Shown here one piece after another: positions 40,301-51,800 of a stretch of 64,000 nt of DNA (positions are counted from its first letter, which is position 1; every line of letters starts with the position of its first letter). Below the pieces are notes generated by a model. The model worked only from the letters and a program-made list of their open reading frames with translations. It was not told where the DNA came from and did not search any database. The translations under genes were made by a program, and so were the position numbers. The stretch is from Klebsormidium nitens (lineage: Eukaryota > Plantae > Klebsormidiophyceae): assembly GCA_000708835.1 (NCBI GenBank), contig DF237269.1:39061-103060 (forward strand), in the 5' to 3' direction.

Positions 40301-43300
40301 ATTGGGTTCAGACCAGAGCGGTAACAGTTGGACCGCGGATTTTGCGCGTGGGCGCTTGTACTTGCGTGGGTCAGGTTGGGAGCAGTTGTGTTTATTTTAA
40401 TTCATCTTTTATTTGGGTTTACCCTAGACGGATCGAAGCTCTGGTCCGTCCCCTGTCCGTCAAATAAAAATCAATGGCCATCATACCACGAAAGCATGCC
40501 AGGGTAATTGCTGACCACTTCCGAGGCCTGCCCGTTATCAGGACCACCCTATTGAAAGGACATAAAGCTTCAGAACGGATGGTCTGACAAAGTTCGCGAA
40601 CCTCGAAGACTCATCCCTTTCCTTCCCATCCCAACCCCGTCCCCATGGACCTCCCCAATCTGTCTCAATTTTTGTAGTGGTGCCTCAACCAAGTCTTTCA
40701 TGGTCTCAGATGCTGATTGACATCGAGTTCAATTTAGACGAGATCCTCCATGCAACCCCTTACATACAAAATTCCTGATTTATGAGTTTTTTCCTGGTTT
40801 CAGATGCTGATTGACATCGAGTACAACTTGGACGAGATCCCCGGCGTCGACCCCCGCGACGACTGCTACTCCGACGAGGCCGCCTTCATTTCGGACCTCC
40901 GCCTCATTGACGCGTCCCTGCGCGACCGGGGGGATGCCAGGCTGGCGGACGCCAAACTCAAAGACCTGGTAGGTTACTTTGAAAACCTTCGAGTAATATC
41001 TAGTTTAATATGGACTTACAGTTGCTCCGCTTAGCCATTCTAAGCTAGCAAGCTTAGGGGCTTGACCCTTGTCCCGTCGCTGTTCTGAAGATAGGGGGCT
41101 GAAGCTCAAGAGCGTCCCTCCATTTGGTTCTGTCCGACGATAAGAAAGTCGTGGTAGCCGCAAAAGGCGGCTCTCTCTTGTACTTTGACCATCCACAAAA
41201 TCAGTCTGAGATCGAGGACTACCCAAAGAAAGACGGATGGTGAATCTTTGGGGACCAGCCACAGTTTATAGCTCTTTGCGGGAAGATTTTTGTCAGCTTT
41301 TCAAAGTCCCGGAGCATAGTTCCAGATCTTGGAACGTGCGATTGACGATGGAAGGCATCCAACGGCTGAGGATTGCGGACCACAGTGCGGAACGTAAGAG
41401 ACACTGAATAGGCAGGTTTGACGAGAATCGCTGTAAACGGGACCCTTTTTCTCCAGGTCCGCATGGCGGAGACCTTCGGCTTCTACCTCATGACGTTGGA
41501 TGTCCGGCAAGAGTCGGATGTGCACACGGACGCCGTGTCCGAAGTGGTGGGCGAGTCGGTCCTCGGCTTGTGCGCCAACTACAAGGACCTCAACGTCGCG
41601 GAGCGCATCGAGCTGCTGTCAGAAGCCATTGCGTCGCCGCCACCCGTCGAGCGTATTGAGGTGAGCTCGCCCGCGACTTGCTTCTGTCTTTCCGTTGTCC
41701 TCTTGTAGTCCGGTTCATTGGGTTGCCTGCGCCTTTGTGTTGTTTCATAATCATTGACTTGAATATGAAAGCGAGCCCTTACTATCAAGCGCAGCGGAGG
41801 TAAGCTGGTGGTATTCTGAGTGAGGACACCCGCCCAGTGAACTTTGTGTTTATCGCCATTGCACGCGACTGGTGCTTCGGATCTCCTCGCCCGGAAACTA
41901 AAGCAAGCATATGGGTTTCTGAAGAAACTTTGATCCGGCTTCTTTTGTCTAGAGTACTCCGGGTTACCCTGAGAGAGGGCACCTTCACGCGTTCACTTTC
42001 AGCATGGTCACTTCAAACTGAGGGTCCTTCCTTGGGTCTGAAGGATCTCAAGATCATGAAGAAACAACCGCCTTTCCCTTCCATTTCAGGAGATCTTGGC
42101 CAAGCTGAGCGAGAGCACTCGCCAGGTGGTGGAAGTGTTCATCGCGATCGCTAACATCATCGAGGCCATCAGCCCAGGGGCGGTCTCGTCCTACGTCATC
42201 TCCATGACGCGCAATGCCAGCCACGTCCTCGAGGTGAGCTCAGAGTGACGTCACTGGTCGTCAGTCTCGCTTTCCTGTGGCGAAACGAATTGTTGATCGG
42301 TCCTATATTGCACTCGCCCTTTGGAACCGGCGGCCACTTCTAAGAAGGGAACCTGTTGGATGTAGGGTCTGAGGGTGTGATAACGATCGTGCAGATTAAG
42401 AGAAGGGGACGTCTTGAGAGTCACTGCCTTCAAATTTGATCTGACGGTCGTTAGAACCGTATGACATCAGCATTGGTAGACTGCCAGACTAAATAACATC
42501 GGCGGACTGGTGCGTTTCGTCCAGACTGAATGACGTCAGCATCGGCAGATTGGGTCGTTTGGTCCCAGGTGTTGTTCTTTGCATGGCTGTCCTGCCGCAA
42601 ACTCAGCAACTCGCAATTCAGCAGTGTATCGACATTGTGACCCAGCACATTTTTACTTCCAAACCCAGTCTCAAAACCTGGGTCTGAATTAACCCGTAAC
42701 TTGTCCGTTCTCCTCAGGTTATGTTCTTGGCGTGGCTGTCGTGCCGCAACATCGTGGGGCGCACTGCCGAGGGCAAGTGGTACTCCCAGATTACCGTAGC
42801 ACCGCTCTTTGAGACTATCCCGGATCTAGAGGTTATGCCGCAGGCGCTAACCCAGATCCTGACCAACGACACGTACAAGAGTCTGCTGGCTGCGTCTGGG
42901 AACATTCAGGAGGTGAGTCTGTCACTTATGCAATTTTTGGGTTACGGTAATTGTGAACCTTGGCATGCTTTGTTGGGGTCTGGACAAGGGTAAGATCCAA
43001 TCCGAGACTGCCGAGACTTTGATCAACCCCCTGACAACCGGGCTCCAGAACAGGGCGTCTGTAATTGCGATTCCAGCCAAAGGTACGGGAACTTCCGGCA
43101 CTCAACTGTGACCAAGAAGACAGCTTAAACGTTCCGCTTGAGAGTCTTCCAGGGCGGAGGGCTTCTACAAGCCTTGTCCAACTTCGTGATCGTATGCGCT
43201 TTGGATGGCCAGGAAATGGATTAAAGGCCTGTGCTACGCTCATTCGCCGGGCCCGTTTCCGAAAGCCTTTCTGGGAGACGATCCTGCGTGTTGCATCGTT

Positions 43301-46300
43301 TATATTGTGCTGTCACTCTCCCTGAAATTTTTTTTGGTCACTGGGACACGTGCTTTCACTGCTTCAAACTTAACAATGACTTCTGGCTGTTCTCCTCCCC
43401 AGGTCATGCTCGGCTACTCGGACTCGTGCAAAGACGGCGGCATCACCGCCAGTGCCTTCAACCTCTACAAAGCCCAGCAGCTGCTGCGGCAGATCAGCAG
43501 CGATGCGGGGGTCCAGTGCCGGATCTTCCACGGCCGGGGGGGTACGGTTGGCAGGGGCGGCGGCCCCACGCACGAGAGCATTTTGTCGCAACCCCCTGGA
43601 AGCGTCCAGGGGACCATTAAATTCACGGAGCAGGGGGAGGTCATAACTTATCGGTATGGGAACAGCGAGACGGCGACGTATGAGCTGACGGTGAGCGAAG
43701 CTTTTTGTACTTGTGACCGAGCCTGTCAAAACGTTTGTTGAGATCTTGTCCTGCGCGTCAGTAAAGACAAAGAGCTGAGATTACGTTTAGTCGAGAAAGT
43801 CTGTCTTGGGGCGGACGAGAAAGCGGCTATTTCTCTTGGCAACAAACGCTTTCTGCTATCACGAGTTGCTCCACAGCATAAACGCTCGCAGAAGTAGCAC
43901 GGTGGTCGGTCATTTAGCAGCAGGCAGCACCCCTGCTCTCCTGCTTCATCCCCGGAAGCGGAACAGTAGCAATGACATCATTTTGCTGTCACAATCACCA
44001 CCACTTAAGTTCCTTGAAACTCGTTGATTGCAGGTGGGTATTACGGGTCTGATGAAAGCGAGCCATCCGGCGACTAGGTCGATTCCAGACGACAATCCCA
44101 AGGTGACCATTGCACCCTTGCTTGCCTCGTTCTTAACCTTACCAGCAGAGCCGCTCTTTCCAGTTCCAGGTTCCCGTGCATGATTTCCAGAAGTCAGCCG
44201 AACCGTAAACCTGGCTTCTGGATTCTCCAGTGTTACTGGGAGTTGTTCTCTTGGAGCAAATCCACAATCCGACCTTTGGAGGCGCAGTCCATACGTGCCA
44301 CATACAACTTTAAGGGCTGCAAAGTAGAGTTGGAGTTTCTCAATCTGTTAACTTCCAAACCGCTGAACAAAGCTCCCCTAGTAGTGTTAAACTTGCTCGT
44401 GAGTCATGCGTTGCTCTAACCTTGACTCTTGCGTGCAATCCGCAGTACATCGACATCATGAACGAGCTTGCCAAGGAGGGCGAGCGGGCGTACCGAGAGC
44501 TGACGGACGCCACCGAGGGCTTCTACGACTATTTTTATGTGAGTCCCTCCTCTGCACAGCTTTAGGGTTGCGTCTAAAAACGCTTTTTGAGCCTTCTGAA
44601 GCGGACAACCTAGCTATAACCCGCTTTGAAATGCCTTTGCTTCTCGTTTTGATGGCGTACCAGCTGCTTTGTGACCAGAGCAGCTTTGTCACTACCCTCC
44701 TGACCGGGCAATCGTCTGCTGCAACGGAAGCAACAGGCTGGTATTGAGATGGGCCTCTTTCTGCGAACAAAAGCTGCTGGCAATCTGCACTATATGTACT
44801 CCTGGATAGATACCCCTGCCTCTTTCTCCTCTCCAATGCCCGACACGGTCGATGTTTAGCAAAGCGACTAACGCCCTGCCCACTGACGCCCTCTTCGAGA
44901 TTTGAAACTGGCATTCTTCCAGCGCCCTCTCATGCTCTCATTGGAGAGGCAAACACTCCTGCATTAATACCCCGCAGGAGGGCACGATTGTATTCGTCAT
45001 TGCGTTCATGAACACAACTATTTCTTGACTCAATCGATGCTCCTCTTCAAGTGGCAAGAGAGTTCCTCAGATAGTGGTCAAGTTTGAGTCTCAAATCCTG
45101 ACACCCCGCTATCTCCTTCGCCTTACCGCAGGAGGGCACGATCGTGAACGAGATCGGGATGATGAACATGGGCAGCCGCCCCGCGCGGCGCAAGGTCGCA
45201 GTCCGCGACAAAACGTCCCTCCGCGCGATCCCGTGGGTGTTCGGCTGGGCGCAGTCGCGGCACACGCTCCCGGCGTGGTATGGCGTCGGCAGCGGGATTG
45301 CGGCGTACACGCAGGGGGATCCCTCGAAGATGGCGGAGCTGCAGGAGATGTACCAGAACTGGCCTTTCTTCCGGACGTTCCTGAGCAACGTCCGGATGAG
45401 CCTGCAGAAGGCGTCCATGGAGATCGCGCGCGAGTACGCCAGGTGAGGGGTTGCTCTTCTAATCTTGTACTTTTCTTTCCGTAAGTTGAAGGGAGCTCTT
45501 AGGTCAGGGTACCTCGGTTTGGACATCGCCAAGGGTAATAGTTGGGACGAAAATTGTGGCGGAGAGAGTATGAAGTATGAAGCAATTGGACAGTTGCGGG
45601 AAACAAGACGTTCAAAGTGGGGGTGCTTGCGGGTCAAACGCCAGACAGATCAGGACGAGCGACTGAATGGTGGTGTCACAGTGCGGAGTAAACGGTTGGG
45701 CCTTCCAGGCGCCCTCCAAATAGCAATCCAAGGCGAAGCATACCACCGCGATTATGGGAGCTTGCTAATCTGCATTCCGACGGACCGACGTTGTCTGCCG
45801 CTTCAGAAGCAGATGAATTCAGCTGTCAAAGCATTCACGAGCGGGTTTAAGCATCCGACACAAATGTGGCCTGCTTCCCCGGGGCGCATTTCCGCTGCCC
45901 ACATCAGCAAGCGCAAGTGACGGGTAACTCAGACTGTCACTTGTTCCTGCAGGCTCGTGTCGGACCGCATCACGGAGAAGCTAGTGTTTGGTTTGGTGGA
46001 AAAAGAGTTCCAGCAGACGATCGCCCAGATTTTGGCGGTCTCCCAAATAACCCGGCTGCTGGAAGACAACCGCACGCTGGAGATGTCCATCGACGCCCGG
46101 CGGCGGTACCTGGATCCGCTCAACCACATACAGGTTAGCGCTTACCCTGAATTGCTGATATGGGATGGTGTGCTTAGCGGCAAAGAAGGCCTTTAGTGCA
46201 CACAATTCAGCAACTTAAGCCAGACGTGTTGCGTCAAATCATACACCCTGCAGATGATCCCGCAGTCGATGACCGGAGTTTATGTGCTATTCTGAAGCTT

Positions 46301-46490
46301 CTGGTCTGCGAATTGTGCATGCTAACAAGCCAAGCTTCGATTCATGCTAACAACCAAGCTCGACCGGTAGGTGATCTTGCTTGGCCGCCGCCGCGACTCG
46401 TCCTTGTCTGAGGAAGAACGCCAGATGTGGGTCGGGCCCCTTCTTCGGTCCATCAAAGCCATCTCTAGCAACATGCGGAACACTGGTTAG
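34364..46490 (+). CDS. ppc: Phosphoenolpyruvate carboxylase with an N-terminal ACT domain (>1170 aa; true start not resolved)
   Basis: Exons: 34364-34488 (tentative), 35006-35491, 35973-36171, 36543-36713, 37662-38024, 38634-38777, 39167-39254, 39837-40147, 40804-40968, 41457-41660, 42090-42233, 42718-42912, 43403-43690, 44034-44102, 44446-44538, 45132-45442, 45953-46133, 46371-46490. All phases are consistent from 35006 onward. PEPC motifs: [98 protein letters not shown], terminal MRNTG*. Confidence 0.95.
35410..36115 (+). other. ACT domain (ACR/GlnD-type) encoded across two exons at the PEPC N-terminus
   Basis: [28 protein letters not shown]|[46 protein letters not shown] fits the ACT pattern T.I.V.G.D..GLL..I...L...GL.V..A.....D.F.V.D. 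Confidence 0.8.
36790..36831 (+). repeat. Intronic degenerate copy of the 3' part of PEPC exon 36543-36713
   Basis: gcaaagcacgcagagctgcctcgctacatcttgaaggtggac versus exon gcaagcgcgcagagctgctgcgctacatcacgaacatggac (36664-36704). Confidence 0.85.
39666..39735 (+). repeat. Intronic degenerate copy of the acceptor and 5' part of PEPC exon 39837-40147
   Basis: ccatttcccgcag|tcctcccaaagacaaccgaa..cctccagagccgcctggtgctcacggagtccatccgg versus ccacatttctgtgcag|ttctgcccaagaccaccgaaaccgcggcgctcctccagagccggctggtgctcgcggagtacatccgg. The copy has a frameshifting deletion. Confidence 0.9.
40706..40747 (+). repeat. Intronic degenerate copy of the acceptor and 5' part of PEPC exon 40804-40968
   Basis: tcag|atgctgattgacatcgagttcaatttagacgagatcc versus tcag|atgctgattgacatcgagtacaacttggacgagatcc. 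Confidence 0.92.
42565..42601 (+). repeat. Intronic degenerate copy of the acceptor and 5' part of PEPC exon 42718-42912
   Basis: ccag|gtgttgttctttgcatggctgtcctgccgcaa versus tcag|gttatgttcttggcgtggctgtcgtgccgcaa. Confidence 0.85.
44968..44991 (+). repeat. Intronic short copy of the acceptor and 5' end of PEPC exon 45132-45442
   Basis: taccccgcag|gagggcacgattgt versus taccgcag|gagggcacgatcgt. Confidence 0.7.
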
Positions 46491-47512
46491 GAAAGTCTGA
46501 TAAGTTGGTTGGTTGGGTTTCGATTTGGGGCAAGCCCCCACCCATTGTTGCAACGTTCCTCAAATTTGGTTTTATAGAAACTTTCAATGCGAGGTGGGGT
46601 ATCTGAAAGACCCCCGGCCTGATTATTGCAATTGGTAGATTGTTGTGGTCTTCTTAGGAGCTGTGAACCACAGTCTCCGCATTCTACCCGCTCATTTGAG
46701 GGTTGTGAATATTTGTGGGCAGTTAGCGAGCGGAAGCCTCAAGCTTCAGTCAGGATTGACTTGGACCGTTGTACATCTGGCTTCTGAGCCGTACTGCATT
46801 CGCGCTAGCAAAGAAATCGTGTAGGTTTGATAAGCTAGATTGATAGTGCAGGCCTTTGCTACCTAGGTGGAGCCATTTGCCATTTCCTACTTGCTCTTGC
46901 ACTTTGCGTTGTGGTGGCCGCATTCCATCCTACGTCCCACCCCCGGCGACCTACCATCTCCATGCTTCAATGTACCAAAACAAATCCTACTAGGCTGGGT
47001 CAATATGAGGCCTCATGCATGGGCAGTGGACATATGGGCTTAATATTTCGAACGGGTATGTAATCTAGAGCTTGCGCGCGACAGGCATGACCATGCACTG
47101 TCATGTTGTTATTGCATAGATGTCCTTCCGGTTTAAGCAATATAAGCTTCACACGTGCTTGATATACTTCACGCGTGCTTGGCATACTACGGAGTCTACA
47201 GCTGAATTCACATTAATAGTGGTGACGGTGTCGTTCAGGAGCTCCACCTGAGAGCTTTGATTGGCATCTGCATTTTTCCGGATCACTTTGATGCAAGCTT
47301 TTAGACTCCTTTTCAAAGCGTGCCGCCAAATTTAGATCATGCTGTATAACCCAGCCATATATCTTTGAGTGTGGGAATTAATCCGCGTGAGGATTAAGCC
47401 GCTGTCGCAACACTCCTATTCATTGACTATAGTTGTCCTGTTGGCCGGTGGTCTCCTTAAGGCTCTCTCATATATACAGGTACATAGTGACCTCTGCGGG
47501 CGTCTGTAGCTC

Positions 47513-47584
47513 CAACAACAAGAACAACAACAACAACAACACAACAACAACAACACAACAACAACAAACCAGCAAACCAACAAC
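47513..47584 (+). repeat. Imperfect (CAA)n microsatellite
   Basis: caacaacaagaacaacaacaacaacaacacaacaacaacaacacaacaacaacaaacc..., read directly; intergenic. Confidence 0.92.
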
Positions 47585-47857
47585 GTCATCAATAGCACTA
47601 GGGAGTCGGGGAACCTAAAGGCTAGGCCAAGTGCAGGTTCGCAGGTTGTCAATGTGAGCCTTCGAACAGCAGATATTATCACCGCAAGTGGTGAGAATCT
47701 TCCGGCTCTGCCAGGGGCTCTGCCATTCGTATTATAGGATAACAAAGATCCTTCGTGTATCGGGGTGTCGTCGCTATTGAATTTAGTATAGGGCCCTGGG
47801 TCCCAGGGGTGCGTTCAAAGGGATAAGCACCCGGGGACCGGGTGGCTTAGCTAGGGG

Positions 47858-47911
47858 TTTAGGGTAGATGCGGGTGCGAAGCGCGTAATATTTTAGGTTA
47901 GGGCTTTTAGG
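47858..47911 (+). repeat. Small cluster of telomere-like units (TTTAGGG, TTTTAGG, TTAGGG, TTTTAGG)
   Basis: Four units at 47858, 47891, 47898 and 47905; they do not form a perfect array. Confidence 0.35.
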
Positions 47912-48879
47912 TAGTTGAGGTGCCCGGTGCTCCTGTGTCCCCCGGTCACAAGCAACTTGGATGGGTTGCCAGTGATGTGTTGGATCGGACGGTGCTGACG
48001 GAGAGGTCATGATGTCATGCAGCTATCGTACGGTTCGATACAGTCCCGATATTCGATGACGTCAAAGTATCGAAGTTACCGTTGCTGAGCGGATCGAAGT
48101 GCTCTCTGGTTGCCAGCTGGCTTTCTGGGCCTAACGACTTTATGAAATTGCGCCGTCGGGGACTCGCTGTCATCTTGGTGTCAATCTGCGAGTGGATGAG
48201 TGCATGTACTGTTCGATTGTCCAATAGACTTGGGATCTGACATTGATTGCTCGATAATGCTGATGTGATTTGACACCAGAATTGAAGGGTGGCTCGGAAA
48301 GTGCTGCACGGAGCTTACGAGAACCGGAAGGAGCAGCCCGGGATCTTGCTGCAGTCCTTGGACTTGGCAAAGTCTGGGGCGGCGGCGGTCTGTCCACCCG
48401 GGGACAGACTCCTTCACAACGCACCTGAGGACAATGCACTGTAGTACTGTACTCTTTCAGTCTGCGGTAAGACTAGGTATACATACCAAGTTCCAACCTT
48501 CCTTTGCATCATGCTCTAATTTTTAAATCCAAGTTTGCAGAAACTGAAAGTGCTGCCGATTTCATTTTTGAGCAGCATACTTCTTAGGTACTTGAAGGTG
48601 CAGGCTAGGAAGCAGAGTCCTTGTGCAATCACTGGCACCAACTGTTTTGAGATTGAAAGGAAGATTGCGAGAACGTTGGCGGCGGCACCTTGATCCTATG
48701 GTTTGAGGAACTTCTGCCGGTAGTAGCAAAGTGGATAAGGTAGTGGCACGCCTTTGCTTTTAGAGGAGATTCCTCAGCAGAGAGGAAAAAGGGAAGCTGC
48801 CTTGCAGAAGATCAGATCGGCAGGAAGCTAAAGAGAGCAGAAGCGAAAAGCACTACCATAACATCTGGCAGCGAAAGGG

Positions 48880-51800
48880 ATGAAGTCACCGCAGACCTCA
48901 GTGCAAGCGGCACTGAAAGTGGTGGTGGTCCTTCTATTCATGAACAAACTTGCGGTGGCAGACTATCTTGCTATCAACTGTGGTGGTCTCACATATCCTG
49001 ATGGCAGCATTCCCCAGTAAGTGGTGCACCAGGCAGCCGGTGGTGGATGACTTAGTCTTCTTGCAGTTTGAAGACGCTTGTAGAAAAAGAAAGGGCACTC
49101 TCTGTGTTGAATCTGATTGTCCTTGTTTCTCAGACAGCTTATAGAGGAAAAGCTCAATGCAATCTCTACATGACATCATTGCTCAAGCTCTCTCAGCAAT
49201 TGGAAGCTGGATCTGACACATTCCTCCATTGAGATAATATTGACGGGCCCCAGACTTTATTTTGTTACATTTTTGCCTGTCATACTGTGAAAAGAAAGAC
49301 ATGTCACCATCAAGAATCCTGTAGCAAAAGTGCTTGCCATCAAATGTCATCTTTCCTGAATTGGAAGGACCAGACGTGACATCAATGTGCTTCCTGACAC
49401 CAGCTCCTGACACCAGCAATCTCTTTGAGCTGAGAGCTGTGCTCTTCCTTCAGGTACTATGACGGTGTTACATATGGCCCTGGGCCCGACTACAAACCTG
49501 CTGGCGATCATACAGACTCTGCTGGAATCAACTGGAGATCAGACAGTTTCTATTCTGGCACTTCAACTCATGTCACTGATTACCGGGGCATCAACTATGC
49601 AAACACTAATGACCAGCTCACCTACAGAACTGAGCGATATGGTGAGCAACTGGCTCTTGGTGATCTCTGGATTTGGAACTGGATCTCATCCGTTGCTCAA
49701 TATCTGTGGACAGTCTGGTTCCAAGGTTGGCACAAAGCAGTTACGAGGTTTGCTTTCAACTCCCACTAGGTAGCCTCTTGATAGGCTGTTGTGAATTTTG
49801 CGTCAAGCCGCTCCAGAACAGGCTTCAGGTGCTGTCAAGGTTCTTGACCATCTTTCTTGCTGCGTCTTCAGGTATGGACTTCTACTACAGTCTCAACCTA
49901 CCAAATGGTGCTTACACCGTTGAGATGAGGTTTGCAGAGACCCGCTTCAACAGTGCAGGGTCGCGAACATTCACAATCTCAATCAATGGACAGCAGGTTG
50001 AAAGTAGCTTGGACATCTTTGCGAGGGCTGGAGGTCAGAATGTTGCATACACGAGTCAGTATCAGGCTAGCGTGAGCAATGGTCTTCTGGATATCTTCTT
50101 CAACTCAATCGTGTATGAAGCCAAAGTAGACGCCATCAGGGTTTTCTCCAATGGAGGCGGAAACCCTCTACCGGGTCCTCCATCAACTGTGAGTCTCTTC
50201 AAATCTCCTGACGAGACCATCTTTTGGCAGTAAGCTGGCAATTCTTTGGAGCGATACCGTTTGACAACCTGCTAGGATGCAGTTTGGCAACCCAATCTTG
50301 CAGCCAGCTATTCAGTTCTATCAGGACTTTTTCTTTGGCAAACGTTGTAAGTTGCAAGTTAGTGATGCTTGCGTACTCACATGGACAATCATGTTGCATC
50401 TTGGCACATTCGGTTACCTTTTGAGGTGTAAGCTACACACTCTTGAGGAGTATGCGGAGTCAGGTTCTGTCTGAGGATCATTACTTACTTCCCTACATGA
50501 GCAGCCGTCTTCACTTGCCTTTTCAACGCTGTTCTTCTGGCATCAACCAGGCAGCTGACAATCTATCTTGGACATTCCAGATAAGCATTGCTGCTGGAGG
50601 GAGCAGTGACAAATACTACAAGGGAGGCTCGACAGGTGCAACACAATCAGCCACCTACCCTAACTACCGCAGCGGCGCCCTTTTTGAGTATCTTCTCAAC
50701 CTCCAGAACGGCGACTACGTGGTCCAGTTCGCATTTGTGGAGCCTCAGTTCACATCCCCTGGCTCGCGTTCATTTGACGTCTACATTCAGAACTTCAAAC
50801 GGATCTCTGGATATGACATCGTTGCAAAAGGGGGCAGCGCAAGCAATGCGGTGACAGTGCAGAGGACTGTGCACGTTTCTAATGGCTTGCTCAGGCTCAA
50901 GTTCCAAGATGCTGGCTCTGATGCCATAGTCTCTGGCATCACTGTCTCCCCACTCTCCAGGTGAGCTCCCGATGGTTTGTAATCCAGAGTCAGTCTAGCC
51001 AAGAACCTCCTGTACTTTTGTTTCTGGCGAAGTCTGCTCTTGGATCCATTACAGGCAAGCACGAGGTGTTAGTATTTGCAGTGTGCTTCTAATGAACACT
51101 CCGATTGGAGTTGCTATCCAATCCCTCCACATGCATACAGTTCAATCTGTTTTTCTATTGTCAAGAAAACTTGCAGGCAAGCTCCAGGTCAGCCTGGTGT
51201 GCGTGAGGCTGCTGCTCAATACCCTGGCCAATGTCCAGGTCTTTCTCATGCCTTGCCGTGTCAGCTTAGGTGTCCGTTGAACATTATCATGCTTCGTTGG
51301 TAGCACTTGGAGCTTTGGCATCTCACATATGCGCACACTTCAGTAGCTCGCTTTGTTTCTGGACAAATTTGTGACCAGCTTCGAGCCAAAATCTCAGGGA
51401 ATCCCTAGCTCAGAAGAAGGTCGATCTTCTGACCCTCCTTCCACAAAAAATCAGAAGAAAGCAACCGACAATCATTGTGTGCTGCAGCTCAACAGGGGTT
51501 CAAGTCGCCATCAACTGCGGCGCCCCACTGGACGTCCTCTCTGGCCTGGGCATCATCTTCCAGAAGGATGTCTACAACTCTGGCGGCAACTCGGCTATCA
51601 CAAAGCCGTACGAAGTGTTCCTTCCCTTTGGCGGCTTCTGGGACGACTTCCTCTACACCAGCGCTCGCACTGGTGGCGCCTTCTCCTATTCAGTGCCGGT
51701 GCCAAATGGGGCCTACCAAGTAGAGATGCACTTTACAGAGACGGAAGGCAAGCAAGCAGGCCAGCGCGTCTTCAACGTGAACGTCCAGGTAAGGAGAGGT

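Noticed and set aside
34364-46490. PEPC as bacterial contamination
   Set aside because: At least 16 canonical spliceosomal introns are required to restore the frame, and the flanking genes are eukaryotic.
8724-48451. TACAGTA/TACTGTA as Tc1/mariner excision footprints
   Set aside because: I counted about 5 copies, no more than chance expectation for a 7-mer on both strands of 64 kb.
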